A stretch of 64,000 bases of DNA from an archaeon. Its GTDB lineage: Archaea > Methanobacteriota_B > Thermococci > Methanofastidiosales > NM3. The translations under genes were made by a program, and so were the position numbers. The stretch is taken from positions 24,820 through 88,819 of the forward strand of contig RXIG01000002.1 of assembly GCA_004212155.1 (NCBI GenBank). Reading direction: 5' to 3'. Positions 48,458 to 57,911 of the stretch are shown here, piece after piece (position 1 is the stretch's first letter; each line of letters opens with the position of its first letter). The notes below the pieces were generated by a model. That model was given only the letters and a program-made list of their open reading frames with translations. It did not search any database and was not told the DNA's origin.

Positions 48458-49913
48458 GCTTGTTCATGGCGACCTTGAGGCTGTCGCGTGCAAGGTTGAA
48501 CTCAGGCATGAGCTCGAGCGTGGTCTTGTATTGCTTGATAGCCTCGTCGAGGTCGCCCTCCTCGAACATGATAAATCCCAGATTGTAGTGTGCCTCGGCG
48601 TAGTTGGGGTCTACCTCGACAGCCTTCTTGAAGTACTCCGTGGCCTTCTTGTAGCGTGACTGGAGCTTGTTGATGACGCCCATGTTGTTAAGGAGGACGG
48701 CATTGTCGGGCGTTTTTCGCAACTGGCGCTCATACGCACTGAGCGCTTCTTCGAGCTCTCCAGCCTCGAAGTAGCAGTCGCCAAGCTCGCCCCACGCCCA
48801 CGTGTTGTTCGGTGAGTCCTTGAGCACCTTCTCGAGTGCCTCGATCTTCTCGGCGAGGTCGCCCATGGACTCGAGCTCCTTTTGCATCTGTTCCTCGGAG
48901 CGATATGGGCTGTGCATGCGCATCTCCTCCTCGAACTCCTCTTCTGAGAGAATAGGCTTCAGGGCCTCGTCTATCTCCTCCTCACCCTCGTTGTATGATA
49001 CGGTCTGGAGCTTCGGCTCCCGTGGCACCACGTCCTCCTCGGTACGTAACGCATCGTAGAGGGAGGAGAGCAGCTGGGCAGCCTCTTTGTACTCCCCCTT
49101 GTGATAGTGGGTGGTCGCCTTATCCAATCGGGACGCATACGTGCGTTTCCTGCCCGTGTTGGCAAGCGATTCGACCATGGTGAGCACGTTGGTGTAGAGG
49201 GTGTCGTACTTTTCCTTGTATCGGTATGTGACTACGTCGCGCTCAATGTTTTTTTGAACGCGTTTGAGGTAGAATCCGGCGCGACCGTAGAGGCCCTCGT
49301 CCGCAAGCTCTATCGCCTTCTCGAAGTCGGGGTACATATGCCGTGATATCCCCTTGTCCTCGAGGTAGGATACCTTCTCCTCGAGGTCCTCGATGAGCGA
49401 CTGCATCATGCCTCGCTTCGTCATCACGGGTGTGGCCTCCTCCTCGCGGCGCTCCGACGTGTACTCTGCCAGATTGTGCTGTTGGGATATGAACGCGTCA
49501 TAGCTGCGGTCGAGCTCATCCATGACCTGGTACGGCACACGTTCGAGTCTGAGTCCGTTGAGCACCATGCAGCGCACGTCGCCATCGTGTTCGGGATGTA
49601 TGACCATCATGACAGAGACGGGAAACGCGTCCTCGAAGCGGGCCTGGGTCTTGAACCGTTCGAACGGCACGAACGATGTTCCTTCCTCTTGGGCATACCC
49701 CCACCCAATGAGCTCGAGGTGGGCCTTGTACTGCGGAAGTGATGCAACGGTATCCGAAGTGAACGACTCCATATCCACATCGATTACATAGAGATAATTC
49801 TCGTTTTTTGAATAAAATCCATACAGAAGGAACGTTTCGTATTCCGTGGTCGACGAGACGACCATATCGTAGACGTCCCTTAGTATTTTTACCCGAAGGG
49901 TCATGTCAATCAC
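48414..49913 (-). CDS. MPN-like (JAMM-less) N-terminal domain, central helical region and C-terminal TPR repeats
   Basis: 499 aa. The N-terminal 130 aa align by eye to the MPN fold, with ELIGWGYAQEEGTSF in place of GWYHSHP. The C-terminal part has WAWGELGDCYFEAGELEEALSAYERQLRKTPDN, AVLLNNMGVINKLQSRYKKATEYFKKAVEVDPNY and AEAHYNLGFIMFEEGDLDEAIKQYKTTLEL. Confidence 0.5.
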   Translation of the reverse strand: MIDMTLRVKILRDVYDMVVSSTTEYETFLLYGFYSKNENYLYVIDVDMESFTSDTVASLPQYKAHLELIGWGYAQEEGTSFVPFERFKTQARFEDAFPVSVMMVIHPEHDGDVRCMVLNGLRLERVPYQVMDELDRSYDAFISQQHNLAEYTSERREEEATPVMTKRGMMQSLIEDLEEKVSYLEDKGISRHMYPDFEKAIELADEGLYGRAGFYLKRVQKNIERDVVTYRYKEKYDTLYTNVLTMVESLANTGRKRTYASRLDKATTHYHKGEYKEAAQLLSSLYDALRTEEDVVPREPKLQTVSYNEGEEEIDEALKPILSEEEFEEEMRMHSPYRSEEQMQKELESMGDLAEKIEALEKVLKDSPNNTWAWGELGDCYFEAGELEEALSAYERQLRKTPDNAVLLNNMGVINKLQSRYKKATEYFKKAVEVDPNYAEAHYNLGFIMFEEGDLDEAIKQYKTTLELMPEFNLARDSLKVAMNKRDAYAKQQFTWKNL

Positions 49914-50047
49914 TATACACTCTTTTATATGTTATTAAATACCTTTCTGTGGTGTGAATGTGATTTGTTAGTTGTAACGTTGTTTCTTTCCTGAAAATCG
50001 ATGGAAACGTTTTAATAATCTTACAGACTGCATCCATATGTGGTAGA

Positions 50048-50779
50048 ATGAAGGTATTCGGTGTGTATGGGTATAAGAATTCAGGCAAGACGGCGGTCGT
50101 CACGTCGATCATACGTGAGCTTCGTCGGAGGGGAAGGAGCGTGGCTGCGGTCAAACACGTTTCGCATCCCGACTTCACCGTCAACGCCCCAGGGGTCGAC
50201 ACCGACCTCTTTTCAAAGGCTGGCGCCAGGTCGATAGGCATCCTCAGCGATGAGGAGACGACGATAATCTACAAGGACAAAAAAAAGCTGCTTGACATGA
50301 TGCCGTTTTTCCATTCAGATTATCTCATACTAGAGGGATTCAGGCAGGCGCTTGTGCCCAAGATCATCACTGCGCGCAACAGCGACGAGCTCGAACAGGA
50401 CTTCCGCAGGGAGGTCTTTGCCATAAGCGGCCTAGTCGCGAACGAGATATCGGAGTACAAGGGGAAAAAGGCCGTGCCGATAGGCAAGATAGAAAGGCTT
50501 GTCGACATCATCGAGGAGAAGACATTCTCGAAGATACCAGAGATTGACTGCAAAGGGTGTGGCCTCTCATGCGAGGAGATGCTCTATGCCATCGTCGAGG
50601 GAGAGCGGACGATTGACGATTGCATGACGCTCAAACAGGACGTCAAGATCTTCATCGGCGATCGTGAGGTCCAGCTCAACGCCTTCGTCCAACGGTTCAT
50701 CAAGAACACGATCACTGGTATGCTGTCCTCCCTCTCCGAGTACAAGGAGGACACGATAACGATCACCATAGAAAAGTGA
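50048..50779 (+). CDS. mobB: MobB-like molybdopterin-guanine dinucleotide biosynthesis adapter with a Cys-containing C-terminal extension
   Basis: MKVFGVYGYKNSGKTAVVTSIIRELRRRGRSVAAVKH is the P-loop. The C-terminal half contains CKGCGLSCEEM. Confidence 0.7.
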   Translation: MKVFGVYGYKNSGKTAVVTSIIRELRRRGRSVAAVKHVSHPDFTVNAPGVDTDLFSKAGARSIGILSDEETTIIYKDKKKLLDMMPFFHSDYLILEGFRQALVPKIITARNSDELEQDFRREVFAISGLVANEISEYKGKKAVPIGKIERLVDIIEEKTFSKIPEIDCKGCGLSCEEMLYAIVEGERTIDDCMTLKQDVKIFIGDREVQLNAFVQRFIKNTITGMLSSLSEYKEDTITITIEK

Positions 50780-50783
50780 TGGG

Positions 50784-51647
50784 ATGGAGCAGCGCCATCT
50801 GCGGGCGATCAGGGAAATGCTTTCGGATGATCTTGACGAATGCGAACTTGGCCTCATCCCCACACGCTATGAGCTCGTCGGCGACATCCTGCTCTTGTCC
50901 GTTCCAGCAGCGCTTCATCCAAAAAGACATATCGTTGCCGCCGCGTTTCAAAGCGTGCTAGGCGTCGCGTCGGTCATGGAAAAACGCATCGTCGAAGGCG
51001 AATATCGCATCCCAGCCCATGAGCTGCTTGCAGGGCGACGCACGACGACCGTCCACAATGAAAACGGCATCCTCTACAGCATCGACCTGTCCTCGCTCAT
51101 GTTCTCATCGGGAAACATCAATGAACGCATACGGATGTCGCGTGTCGAGAACGTCGGCACGGTGATCGATATGTTTGCCGGCATTGGTTACTTCTCTCTT
51201 CCTCTGGCCAAGTATACAAGATCGCATGTCGTTGCACTGGAGAAAAATCCCCGTTCATACCGCTACCTGCTCAACAACATCGCACTCAATCACCTCGAAG
51301 ATCTCGTCTCTGCACACAATATCGACTGCAGGGAGTATGGGGGACCGCTCGCCTCGCGCATCGTCATGGGATATGTCGGCACGACCGACCGATTCCTTCC
51401 CACTGCGTTCTCGCTTGCGCGGGACGGATGTATCATCCACTATCATCAGACCGTTCCGGTGGATGGGGCGCGCGAGGAGGTGGAACGGCAACTGTTTGAC
51501 GCTTCTGCGGAGAGCGATGTGTCAACAAAGATACGCACGCTGCACATGGTCAAGAAATACTCGCCCGGTGTGGTACACGTCGTTGCCGACGTGCTGGTAT
51601 CGCGTCGCGACACACCTTCCCGTGAAAAAGATTTATTAAGTGAGTAG
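50784..51647 (+). CDS. Met-10+ family tRNA methyltransferase (Trm5 / Taw2-like)
   Basis: GDILLL, FSSGNINER and VIDMFAGIGYFSLPLAK (SAM motif), then IVMGY. Confidence 0.75.
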   Translation: MEQRHLRAIREMLSDDLDECELGLIPTRYELVGDILLLSVPAALHPKRHIVAAAFQSVLGVASVMEKRIVEGEYRIPAHELLAGRRTTTVHNENGILYSIDLSSLMFSSGNINERIRMSRVENVGTVIDMFAGIGYFSLPLAKYTRSHVVALEKNPRSYRYLLNNIALNHLEDLVSAHNIDCREYGGPLASRIVMGYVGTTDRFLPTAFSLARDGCIIHYHQTVPVDGAREEVERQLFDASAESDVSTKIRTLHMVKKYSPGVVHVVADVLVSRRDTPSREKDLLSE

Positions 51648-51662
51648 GGGGTATGTGCAAAG

Positions 51663-53393
51663 ATGTTTGAGATAAAGGCCAAGGACGGCTTGGGGCGTAT
51701 AGGTCGCTGGCAGGTCGGCAAGAAGACCGTTGAGACACCGACGATCATGCCGGTCATCAATCCAGGGAAGCTCATCATCACCCCCCGCGAGATGAGGGAA
51801 CGATTCGATACGGACGTTATCATCACCAATTCATACATTATCTACTCCTCTTCACGCCTGAGGGAGCGGGCGCGACGCAAGGGCGTGCATGCCATGCTCG
51901 ACTATGATGGGGTCATCGTGACCGATTCGGGGTCGTTTCAGCTCATGCAGTACAAGGATATCGGAGTCACGAATGAGGAGATCATCCGATTCCAGAACGA
52001 GATCGGCGTCGATGTCGCCACGTCGCTTGACATACCGACGCTTCCTGACGAACCGTATGAGAAGGCCGAGCGTGACCTCGAGACTACCTTGGCGCGCGCA
52101 CGCGAGGCGCGTGCTCTTCGCGATGGACCCCTCAATGGCACTGTCCAGGGATCGACGCACCTCGACCTTCGCCGCCGATCGGCCCGTGAGATGGCGGGCG
52201 TGGGCTGCGACGTGCACCCCATCGGCGCTGTCGTCCCGTTGTTTCTCGACTACCGGTTCGGCGATGTCGTGGATATCGTGCTTACCGCAAAACAGGAGCT
52301 CTCGCCAGCCGTGCCCGTGCACCTCTTCGGCGCGGGGCACCCCATGGCGCTCTCGCTGTTCGTGCTGCTCGGTTGCGACCTCTTTGACTCGGCTGCCTAC
52401 GTGCTCTATGCAAAGGACAACAGGTATCTTACCGTTTCGGGCACCAAGAAGCTCGAGGAGATGCTCCACTTCCCGTGCATGTGCCCCGTCTGCAGGGAGC
52501 ACACGCCCCACGACCTGCTTGCCATGGATGACGATGTAAGGACGCGCCTGCTCGCGCTCCATAATCTACATGTCACCTACGAGGAGTTCAAACGGATAAA
52601 ACAGGCCATTCACGAGGGGACGCTGTGGGACTTCGTGGAGATGCGTGTTCGGGGCCATCCAAAGCTCTACTATGCCTATCGCAAGGTGAAAGAGCATGCT
52701 GATTTCATGGCCCGTTTCGATCCCCTTGTGAAACGTTCGACCGCCTTTTACACGGGAGAGGAAACGGCATGGCGCCCGATCTTCAAGACGGCGCTTTCCC
52801 GTGCCCGCGAGCGCGTGAAGCCTTATCAGACCGTTGCGCACCCCATCTTCGGAGACATCCCTGCGTCACTCATCCACACATACCCCTTCAACATGGAGAT
52901 GGACCGTGAGCTCGAGGCGGACGTGCCCGAACGCACCATGGTGGAGGAGATCGCCGACTACCAGTTCGGCCATGGCGCAGGAGCCCGATTATGCACGGGC
53001 GCGACGCTCTCACACTCGCGTAGCGACCGCGTGCGCTCGATCATGTCCGGCGACGAGGTCGTTGCCACGGTACGCGCCCGCGACGGGCTGCTGATCCTCG
53101 GAACGGAGGGTCAGACACGACTTCATGAATTCCTGGCACCACCGCATTACCGTGTCGTCGTAGACAACGAGGTTGCCTCGTATGCCGAGGCACATAGTGA
53201 CGTCTTCTCCAAGTTCGTGCGCGGCATCGACTCCGGATTGCTTAGCGGTGAGGAGGTGCTGCTCGTCGACGAGGGGGACCGGCTTCTCGGTTCAGGAACG
53301 CTGCTTCTCGCACCCGATGAGATACCTCACTTCAAGCGTGGTGTGGCCGTCAGGACGCGCCGCGGGGTGGAAGCTGAAGACGATCAGTCATGA
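51663..53393 (+). CDS. tgtA: Archaeosine tRNA-guanine transglycosylase (ArcTGT) with C-terminal PUA region
   Basis: FEIKAKDGLGRIGRW...TPTIMPVINP, VTDSGSFQ, LFGAGHPM and the zinc site CMCPVC..H. 576 aa. Confidence 0.9.
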   Translation: MFEIKAKDGLGRIGRWQVGKKTVETPTIMPVINPGKLIITPREMRERFDTDVIITNSYIIYSSSRLRERARRKGVHAMLDYDGVIVTDSGSFQLMQYKDIGVTNEEIIRFQNEIGVDVATSLDIPTLPDEPYEKAERDLETTLARAREARALRDGPLNGTVQGSTHLDLRRRSAREMAGVGCDVHPIGAVVPLFLDYRFGDVVDIVLTAKQELSPAVPVHLFGAGHPMALSLFVLLGCDLFDSAAYVLYAKDNRYLTVSGTKKLEEMLHFPCMCPVCREHTPHDLLAMDDDVRTRLLALHNLHVTYEEFKRIKQAIHEGTLWDFVEMRVRGHPKLYYAYRKVKEHADFMARFDPLVKRSTAFYTGEETAWRPIFKTALSRARERVKPYQTVAHPIFGDIPASLIHTYPFNMEMDRELEADVPERTMVEEIADYQFGHGAGARLCTGATLSHSRSDRVRSIMSGDEVVATVRARDGLLILGTEGQTRLHEFLAPPHYRVVVDNEVASYAEAHSDVFSKFVRGIDSGLLSGEEVLLVDEGDRLLGSGTLLLAPDEIPHFKRGVAVRTRRGVEAEDDQS

Positions 53394-53702
53394 GACATGG
53401 ATGATGTGCCGGCATCACTGCGCCACACATGCCCACCCCAAAATATACGTTTGCGATTTTCTGGGCTTTGCCCATATGCCCCTTGTCAAGAACGGTGATG
53501 CGTAAGGCCTTTTTTCCTGTAGGCGCACTACAAGCATCGCACATCGTATGCAGCATGCAGGCGAGCAGCACAACGAGTCAGGTGCGCTTGCCCATACCCC
53601 GTTTTTCGAGTGGGCGTTGCGTGGCAACCCGTATCGACCAATAGTTTTATATTCGTGCGGTCGTACACACTCTTTCATTCATTTTTACCGAGGGTCATAG
53701 AG

Positions 53703-54038
53703 ATGGAATTCTGTCCAAAATGCGAATCTCTCATGCTCCCCACCAAACGGGACGGAAAGACGGTCATCGTGTGCACGAAATGCGGATACTGCCGCGACGT
53801 CGACGAGGTGGGTGACGCATCGAAGTATATTGTCAAGGAAAAGATCGAACACAAACCCAAGGACACGCTCGTCGTCATCGACGACGACGTCGATACGCTC
53901 CCCAAGACTCGCGAGGAGTGCCCAAAATGCGGCAACAAGGAGGCGTACTGGTGGGAATTGCAGACACGCTCTGGCGATGAACCGTCCACCAAGTTCTACC
54001 GTTGCACCAAATGTTCTTATACATGGAGAGAGTATTAG
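53703..54038 (+). CDS. tfs: Transcription factor S (TFS) / RNAP subunit M-like
   Basis: MEFCPKCESLM...VCTKCGY and the C-terminal CPKCGNKEAYWWELQTRSGDEPSTKFYRCTKC, carrying the acidic TFIIS-type loop. Confidence 0.9.
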   Translation: MEFCPKCESLMLPTKRDGKTVIVCTKCGYCRDVDEVGDASKYIVKEKIEHKPKDTLVVIDDDVDTLPKTREECPKCGNKEAYWWELQTRSGDEPSTKFYRCTKCSYTWREY

Positions 54039-54046
54039 GCGATTGT

Positions 54047-54349
54047 ATGCCACGACGAATGACTGCCAAGGTCGTACGACTTAATGAGATACACACCGCC
54101 ACGCGCGTTGCCGTCATAGGGGCCATCATCCACAAGGACGATGACAAGATCACCATCGATGACGGCACCGGCCCTGTGGACGTGATGCTTTCCCAGGACG
54201 TACCATATGAGGTAAAGGACGTCGTTCGCGTCATCGGCCGTGCGTATGGTTCGACCATCGAGGCAGAGATCGTCCAGGATGCCAACGGTATCAACACCGA
54301 CCTCTACAAGCGCGCTCTTGGCATCATACAGACGTATCACGAGTATTGA
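54047..54349 (+). CDS. Small OB-fold protein (RPA2/Stn1-type OB), hypothetical
   Basis: 100 aa. VAVIGAIIHKDDDKITIDDGTGPVDVML is typical of this OB subtype. Lies between tfs and pcn. Confidence 0.45.
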   Translation: MPRRMTAKVVRLNEIHTATRVAVIGAIIHKDDDKITIDDGTGPVDVMLSQDVPYEVKDVVRVIGRAYGSTIEAEIVQDANGINTDLYKRALGIIQTYHEY

Positions 54350-54467
54350 ACATGGCGCCTTGGGTTGCCATCGAGCCTTCATCTATATCGACGTGCGCCT
54401 CAATATAGTATAACCCTGAGAAAACCTTTTAATGAGAACAAGAATAGTATTTTAAGCGGTGATTGTG

Positions 54468-55202
54468 ATGTTCGAAGCCAAAATAGAAGCGAAAAACTGG
54501 AAAAATGTTATTTCCGTCATTGGGAGCATCATAGAGGAAGCTCCTCTCAAACTAACTCCTGATGGCCTCACACTTCGTGCGATGGACCCGTCCCATATCT
54601 CACTTATCGACCTTGAACTGCCCAAGGACCAGTTCATCGAATACTCCATCGATCAGGAGCGCGTGGTGGGCATCGACGTTGATGAGATGTCTCGTGTCAT
54701 GGGGCGAAGCAAACCTACCGATATCATGATAATTCGTGCCGACGAGGATGCGAACAAGCTCTTTATCACATTCGTTGGCGAATCGAAGCGCCGATTCGGA
54801 TTGCCCATAATCGACACACCTGAACAGTCGAAGCTCAAGATGCCCAATTTCCCCACGAGTGCCATCGTGGGCATCGACGCATCGGTGTTCAAGGATGGCA
54901 TAAAGGACGCGTCGATCGTTGCCGACCACATCACGCTCGAGGCGATGGAGGGGGCGTTCGTGATGCGCGCCGAAGGGGATATCGGCGATATCGAGTCGAA
55001 CATCGAGGAGGACACGCTCGTCGAGTTCAAGTTGCAGGAACCTTGCAAGTCGACCTTCAACCTCAGCTACCTTGCAGACGTCTCGGGATCCATCACGGGA
55101 CCCATCACCCTCGAGCTGGGAAGCGACTCGCCCTTGCTCATGAACTTCGAGATGGGGGGCGCAACAATTAAATTTGTCCTTGCTCCAAGAATCGAACGAT
55201 GA
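54468..55202 (+). CDS. pcn: DNA polymerase sliding clamp PCNA
   Basis: MFEAKIEAKNWKNVISVIGSIIEEAPLKLTPDGLTLRAMDPSHISLIDLEL... and the C-terminal LEL...SPLLMNFEMGGATIKFVLAPRIE. Confidence 0.9.
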   Translation: MFEAKIEAKNWKNVISVIGSIIEEAPLKLTPDGLTLRAMDPSHISLIDLELPKDQFIEYSIDQERVVGIDVDEMSRVMGRSKPTDIMIIRADEDANKLFITFVGESKRRFGLPIIDTPEQSKLKMPNFPTSAIVGIDASVFKDGIKDASIVADHITLEAMEGAFVMRAEGDIGDIESNIEEDTLVEFKLQEPCKSTFNLSYLADVSGSITGPITLELGSDSPLLMNFEMGGATIKFVLAPRIER

Positions 55203-55693
55203 TCGAACTTGACAAGGCACTCGCCCAGGAGCGTGCGGAGCGAACGCTAGCTCCCATAGGCGAGGCACTCTTTGAACAGGTTGCGCGATACATAAAAAGG
55301 CTTGAATCTCTTGCTTTAGAGGCAGAAGGAATAGATAATGAGATTTTAGTTGCGGAAATTAACGATGTTAAGAAAAAAATGACATATCTCTTTGAATTTC
55401 GGTTAAAAAAGATAACATGCCTTGATGACACTCATTTGATAGCCGACGAACAAAAGATTTTTAAACACTTCTATTCATTGAAACAACAATACCGTGCGGA
55501 GCTACTCGAACCTATCCTCAAGGGAGAATGCACGTTTGAGAGAGACGGGTTCATAAAGGCGAAGGTGCTATCACCGCTTCCCTCCTTTTTGGATGGCGAG
55601 TTGCGCTCATACGGTCCATACAACCCCGGTGATGTTGATCATTTTCCAGAGGAGATCCATGCGTTGTTGAAAAAGCATGGCGTGATCGAGTAG
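55199..55693 (+). CDS. GINS51-like replication complex subunit (tentative)
   Basis: 164 aa. [28 protein letters not shown]...FEFRLKKI...[10 protein letters not shown] parallels the archaeal Gins51 N-terminal helical domain. ATGA overlap with pcn. Confidence 0.55.
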   Translation: MIELDKALAQERAERTLAPIGEALFEQVARYIKRLESLALEAEGIDNEILVAEINDVKKKMTYLFEFRLKKITCLDDTHLIADEQKIFKHFYSLKQQYRAELLEPILKGECTFERDGFIKAKVLSPLPSFLDGELRSYGPYNPGDVDHFPEEIHALLKKHGVIE

Positions 55694-55694
55694 G

Positions 55695-55991
55695 ATGGTG
55701 AAAACGATGTTAATGCCAAAGACGAGAAGAACATATTGCCCCTTCTGTAAGAAACATACCGTTCATACAATAAAGGTCGTCAAGAAGAAGAAACGTGGCG
55801 AGCTCTCGGGTGGTCAGAGGAGATTCCGCAGGAAGATGGCGGGGTATCACGGATATCCGCGTCCAAAACCATCAGGCGAGAAGCCAACGAGGAAGCACGA
55901 CCTTCGGTATGTGTGCAAGGAGTGCAACAAGGCACAGACTAAGGCAGGATTTAGAGTAAAGAAGCTTGAGTTCAGGGAGGCGAGGGCATGA
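55695..55991 (+). CDS. rpl44e: 50S ribosomal protein L44e (eL42)
   Basis: [38 protein letters not shown]...YVCKECNK. The true start may be 55707 or 55713. Confidence 0.9.
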   Translation: MVKTMLMPKTRRTYCPFCKKHTVHTIKVVKKKKRGELSGGQRRFRRKMAGYHGYPRPKPSGEKPTRKHDLRYVCKECNKAQTKAGFRVKKLEFREARA

Positions 55992-56161
55992 CCCCAACAT
56001 CCAAGTTTGTAAAGATCAAATGTGATGACTGCGGAAACGAGCAGGTCGTGTTCAGCAAACCGGCAAGCAGCGTCCGCTGCCTCGTATGCGGCAAGACCGT
56101 GATCGAATGCACTGGCGGGCTCGGCGAGTTTAAGTCTACGATCGTTGCTGAGCTGGAGTGA
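55988..56161 (+). CDS. rps27e: 30S ribosomal protein S27e (eS27)
   Basis: Hand translation: [57 protein letters not shown] (57 aa, C4 zinc ribbon). Below the ORF-track length cutoff. Confidence 0.9.
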   Translation: MTPTSKFVKIKCDDCGNEQVVFSKPASSVRCLVCGKTVIECTGGLGEFKSTIVAELE

Positions 56162-56166
56162 CCATA

Positions 56167-56952
56167 ATGTTTGAGCTTGAAGAGGGATTCCCGGAGGTGG
56201 GAATTTACGTCATATGCACCGTCAAGGACATATTCCCCTATGGGGCAATGGTGCGTCTCGACGAGTACGACCTCGAGGGCATGATCCCCATTCGTGAGAT
56301 ATCATCAAGTTGGGTCAAAAATATTCGCAACCATGTCAAGGAGAATCAAAAGGTCGTCTGCAAGGTAACGCGCGTCGATGCGAAAAAGAGACATATAGAC
56401 CTCTCCCTTCGCAAGGTCACGAATCATCAGAAGAAGGTGGCCGTCCAGCGCTACAAGGTCAAGAAGAAGGGAAATAAGCTCCTTGAGTACTTCGGGACCC
56501 AAAACAGCATCCCATCCGACCAGTTGCTTGACATCTACAACAGGATAATGGAGAACTACTCCACGGTCTATGAGTGCTTTGAGGAGGCAGTGGCCGACGG
56601 CAAGGACGTGTTCGAGGGCATGGTGCCTCCGCAACACATCGATTCGCTCTACGAGATCGTATTATCCAACATCGAGATGCCGCTCATCGAGATCACGGGC
56701 GAACTGTCCCTGTCATGCCCCACCGGCGATGGCATAAACGTTATCAGACAAACGCTCTCCGAGGCGCGTGACACATATTCTGACGATCAAGTGACCGTTG
56801 ATATGCATCTTCTCGGTTCACCCCGTTACAGCGTCAAGGTGATAGCCGAGGATTACAAGAGCGCCGAGAACACGCTTGACAAGGTCGTCAAGGATGTCAC
56901 AGACCGCATGAAGCGACATGATGGAGAGGCATCGTTCAAACGAAACAGGTAA
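56167..56952 (+). CDS. eif2a: Translation initiation factor aIF-2 alpha subunit
   Basis: S1 domain FPEVGIYVICTVKDIFPYGAMVRLDEYDLEGMIPIREISSSWVKNIRNHVKENQKVVCKVTRVDAKKRHIDLSLRKV. Confidence 0.9.
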   Translation: MFELEEGFPEVGIYVICTVKDIFPYGAMVRLDEYDLEGMIPIREISSSWVKNIRNHVKENQKVVCKVTRVDAKKRHIDLSLRKVTNHQKKVAVQRYKVKKKGNKLLEYFGTQNSIPSDQLLDIYNRIMENYSTVYECFEEAVADGKDVFEGMVPPQHIDSLYEIVLSNIEMPLIEITGELSLSCPTGDGINVIRQTLSEARDTYSDDQVTVDMHLLGSPRYSVKVIAEDYKSAENTLDKVVKDVTDRMKRHDGEASFKRNR

Positions 56953-56967
56953 CCGGTGCCCACGACC

Positions 56968-57129
56968 ATGAAGCTGAGAAAATGCATCGAATGTGGAAGG
57001 TATACTCTTCACGACCCATGCCCCTGCTGCGGGGCTCAAACACAATTTGCGCGACCACCGAAATATTCGCCGAAGGACAAATATGCCCGATATCGGCGCA
57101 TGTGGAAAAAGGAATGTAGTGAGAAGTGA
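56968..57129 (+). CDS. nop10: H/ACA RNP protein Nop10
   Basis: Hand translation: MKLRKCIECGRYTLHDPCPCCGAQTQFARPPKYSPKDKYARYRRMWKKECSEK (53 aa). Below the ORF-track cutoff. Conserved position after aIF-2 alpha. Confidence 0.85.
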   Translation: MKLRKCIECGRYTLHDPCPCCGAQTQFARPPKYSPKDKYARYRRMWKKECSEK

Positions 57130-57911
57130 TCCATGTGAAGGAGACCATAATCAGATCTCTTAAAGAGATAAAAGCAAAAAACGTTATATTTATTGAAGGA
57201 TTACCCGGCATTGGCCTTATTGGCAAGCTCGCTGCCGAGCACCTGATACAGGAGATCAAGGCGGAAAAGATCGCAGAGCTCTATTCACCGCACTTTCCCC
57301 ATCAGGCATTGGTGAAAGAGGACTCATCTGTCCGACTCATGAGGAACAAGTTCTATCATGGGAAGGTAGGCGACACCGATCTCATCATCCTCGTCGGCGA
57401 CACCCAGCCCTCTCCGTCGAATCCCTATGGCCACTACGAGATCGTGACTGCCATACTCGATTATCTCGAACAGTTCGAACCGTCGATGATGTTCACGCTT
57501 GGCGGATATTCGACAGGCGGCGAGGTTGTGGAAAAGCCGCGCGTGCTCGGCGCCGTGAGCGATGCTGAGCTTGTGGGAAACTATCAGGACACGGGCATCA
57601 CATTCAGGGACGATCCCGGCGCTGCCATCGTCGGTGCGTCTGGCCTGCTGCTCGCCATGGGTAGGCAGAAGTCGCTCAACGCTATGTGCCTCCTGGGCGA
57701 GACGCCCGGCTACATGTACATCGACGCTAAGGCCGCCAAGAGCGTCCTTGAGGTCCTAGCCACCATCCTTGAGATCGACATCGACATGACAGCGCTTGAC
57801 GAGCGTGCAGAGGAGACGGAGAATCTCATCAACAAGATCCAAGAGATGCAGCAAAAGTCGGCGACGCAAAACACGCCCGAGTTCGGAAAGGATCTTGGCT
57901 ACATAAGGTAA
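57126..57911 (+). CDS. PAC2-family proteasome assembly chaperone-like protein
   Basis: IFIEGLPGIGLIGKLAAEHLI...LYSPHFPHQ...ILVGDTQP...GAAIVGASGLLL. GTG start overlaps the nop10 stop. Confidence 0.7.
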   Translation: MIHVKETIIRSLKEIKAKNVIFIEGLPGIGLIGKLAAEHLIQEIKAEKIAELYSPHFPHQALVKEDSSVRLMRNKFYHGKVGDTDLIILVGDTQPSPSNPYGHYEIVTAILDYLEQFEPSMMFTLGGYSTGGEVVEKPRVLGAVSDAELVGNYQDTGITFRDDPGAAIVGASGLLLAMGRQKSLNAMCLLGETPGYMYIDAKAAKSVLEVLATILEIDIDMTALDERAEETENLINKIQEMQQKSATQNTPEFGKDLGYIR

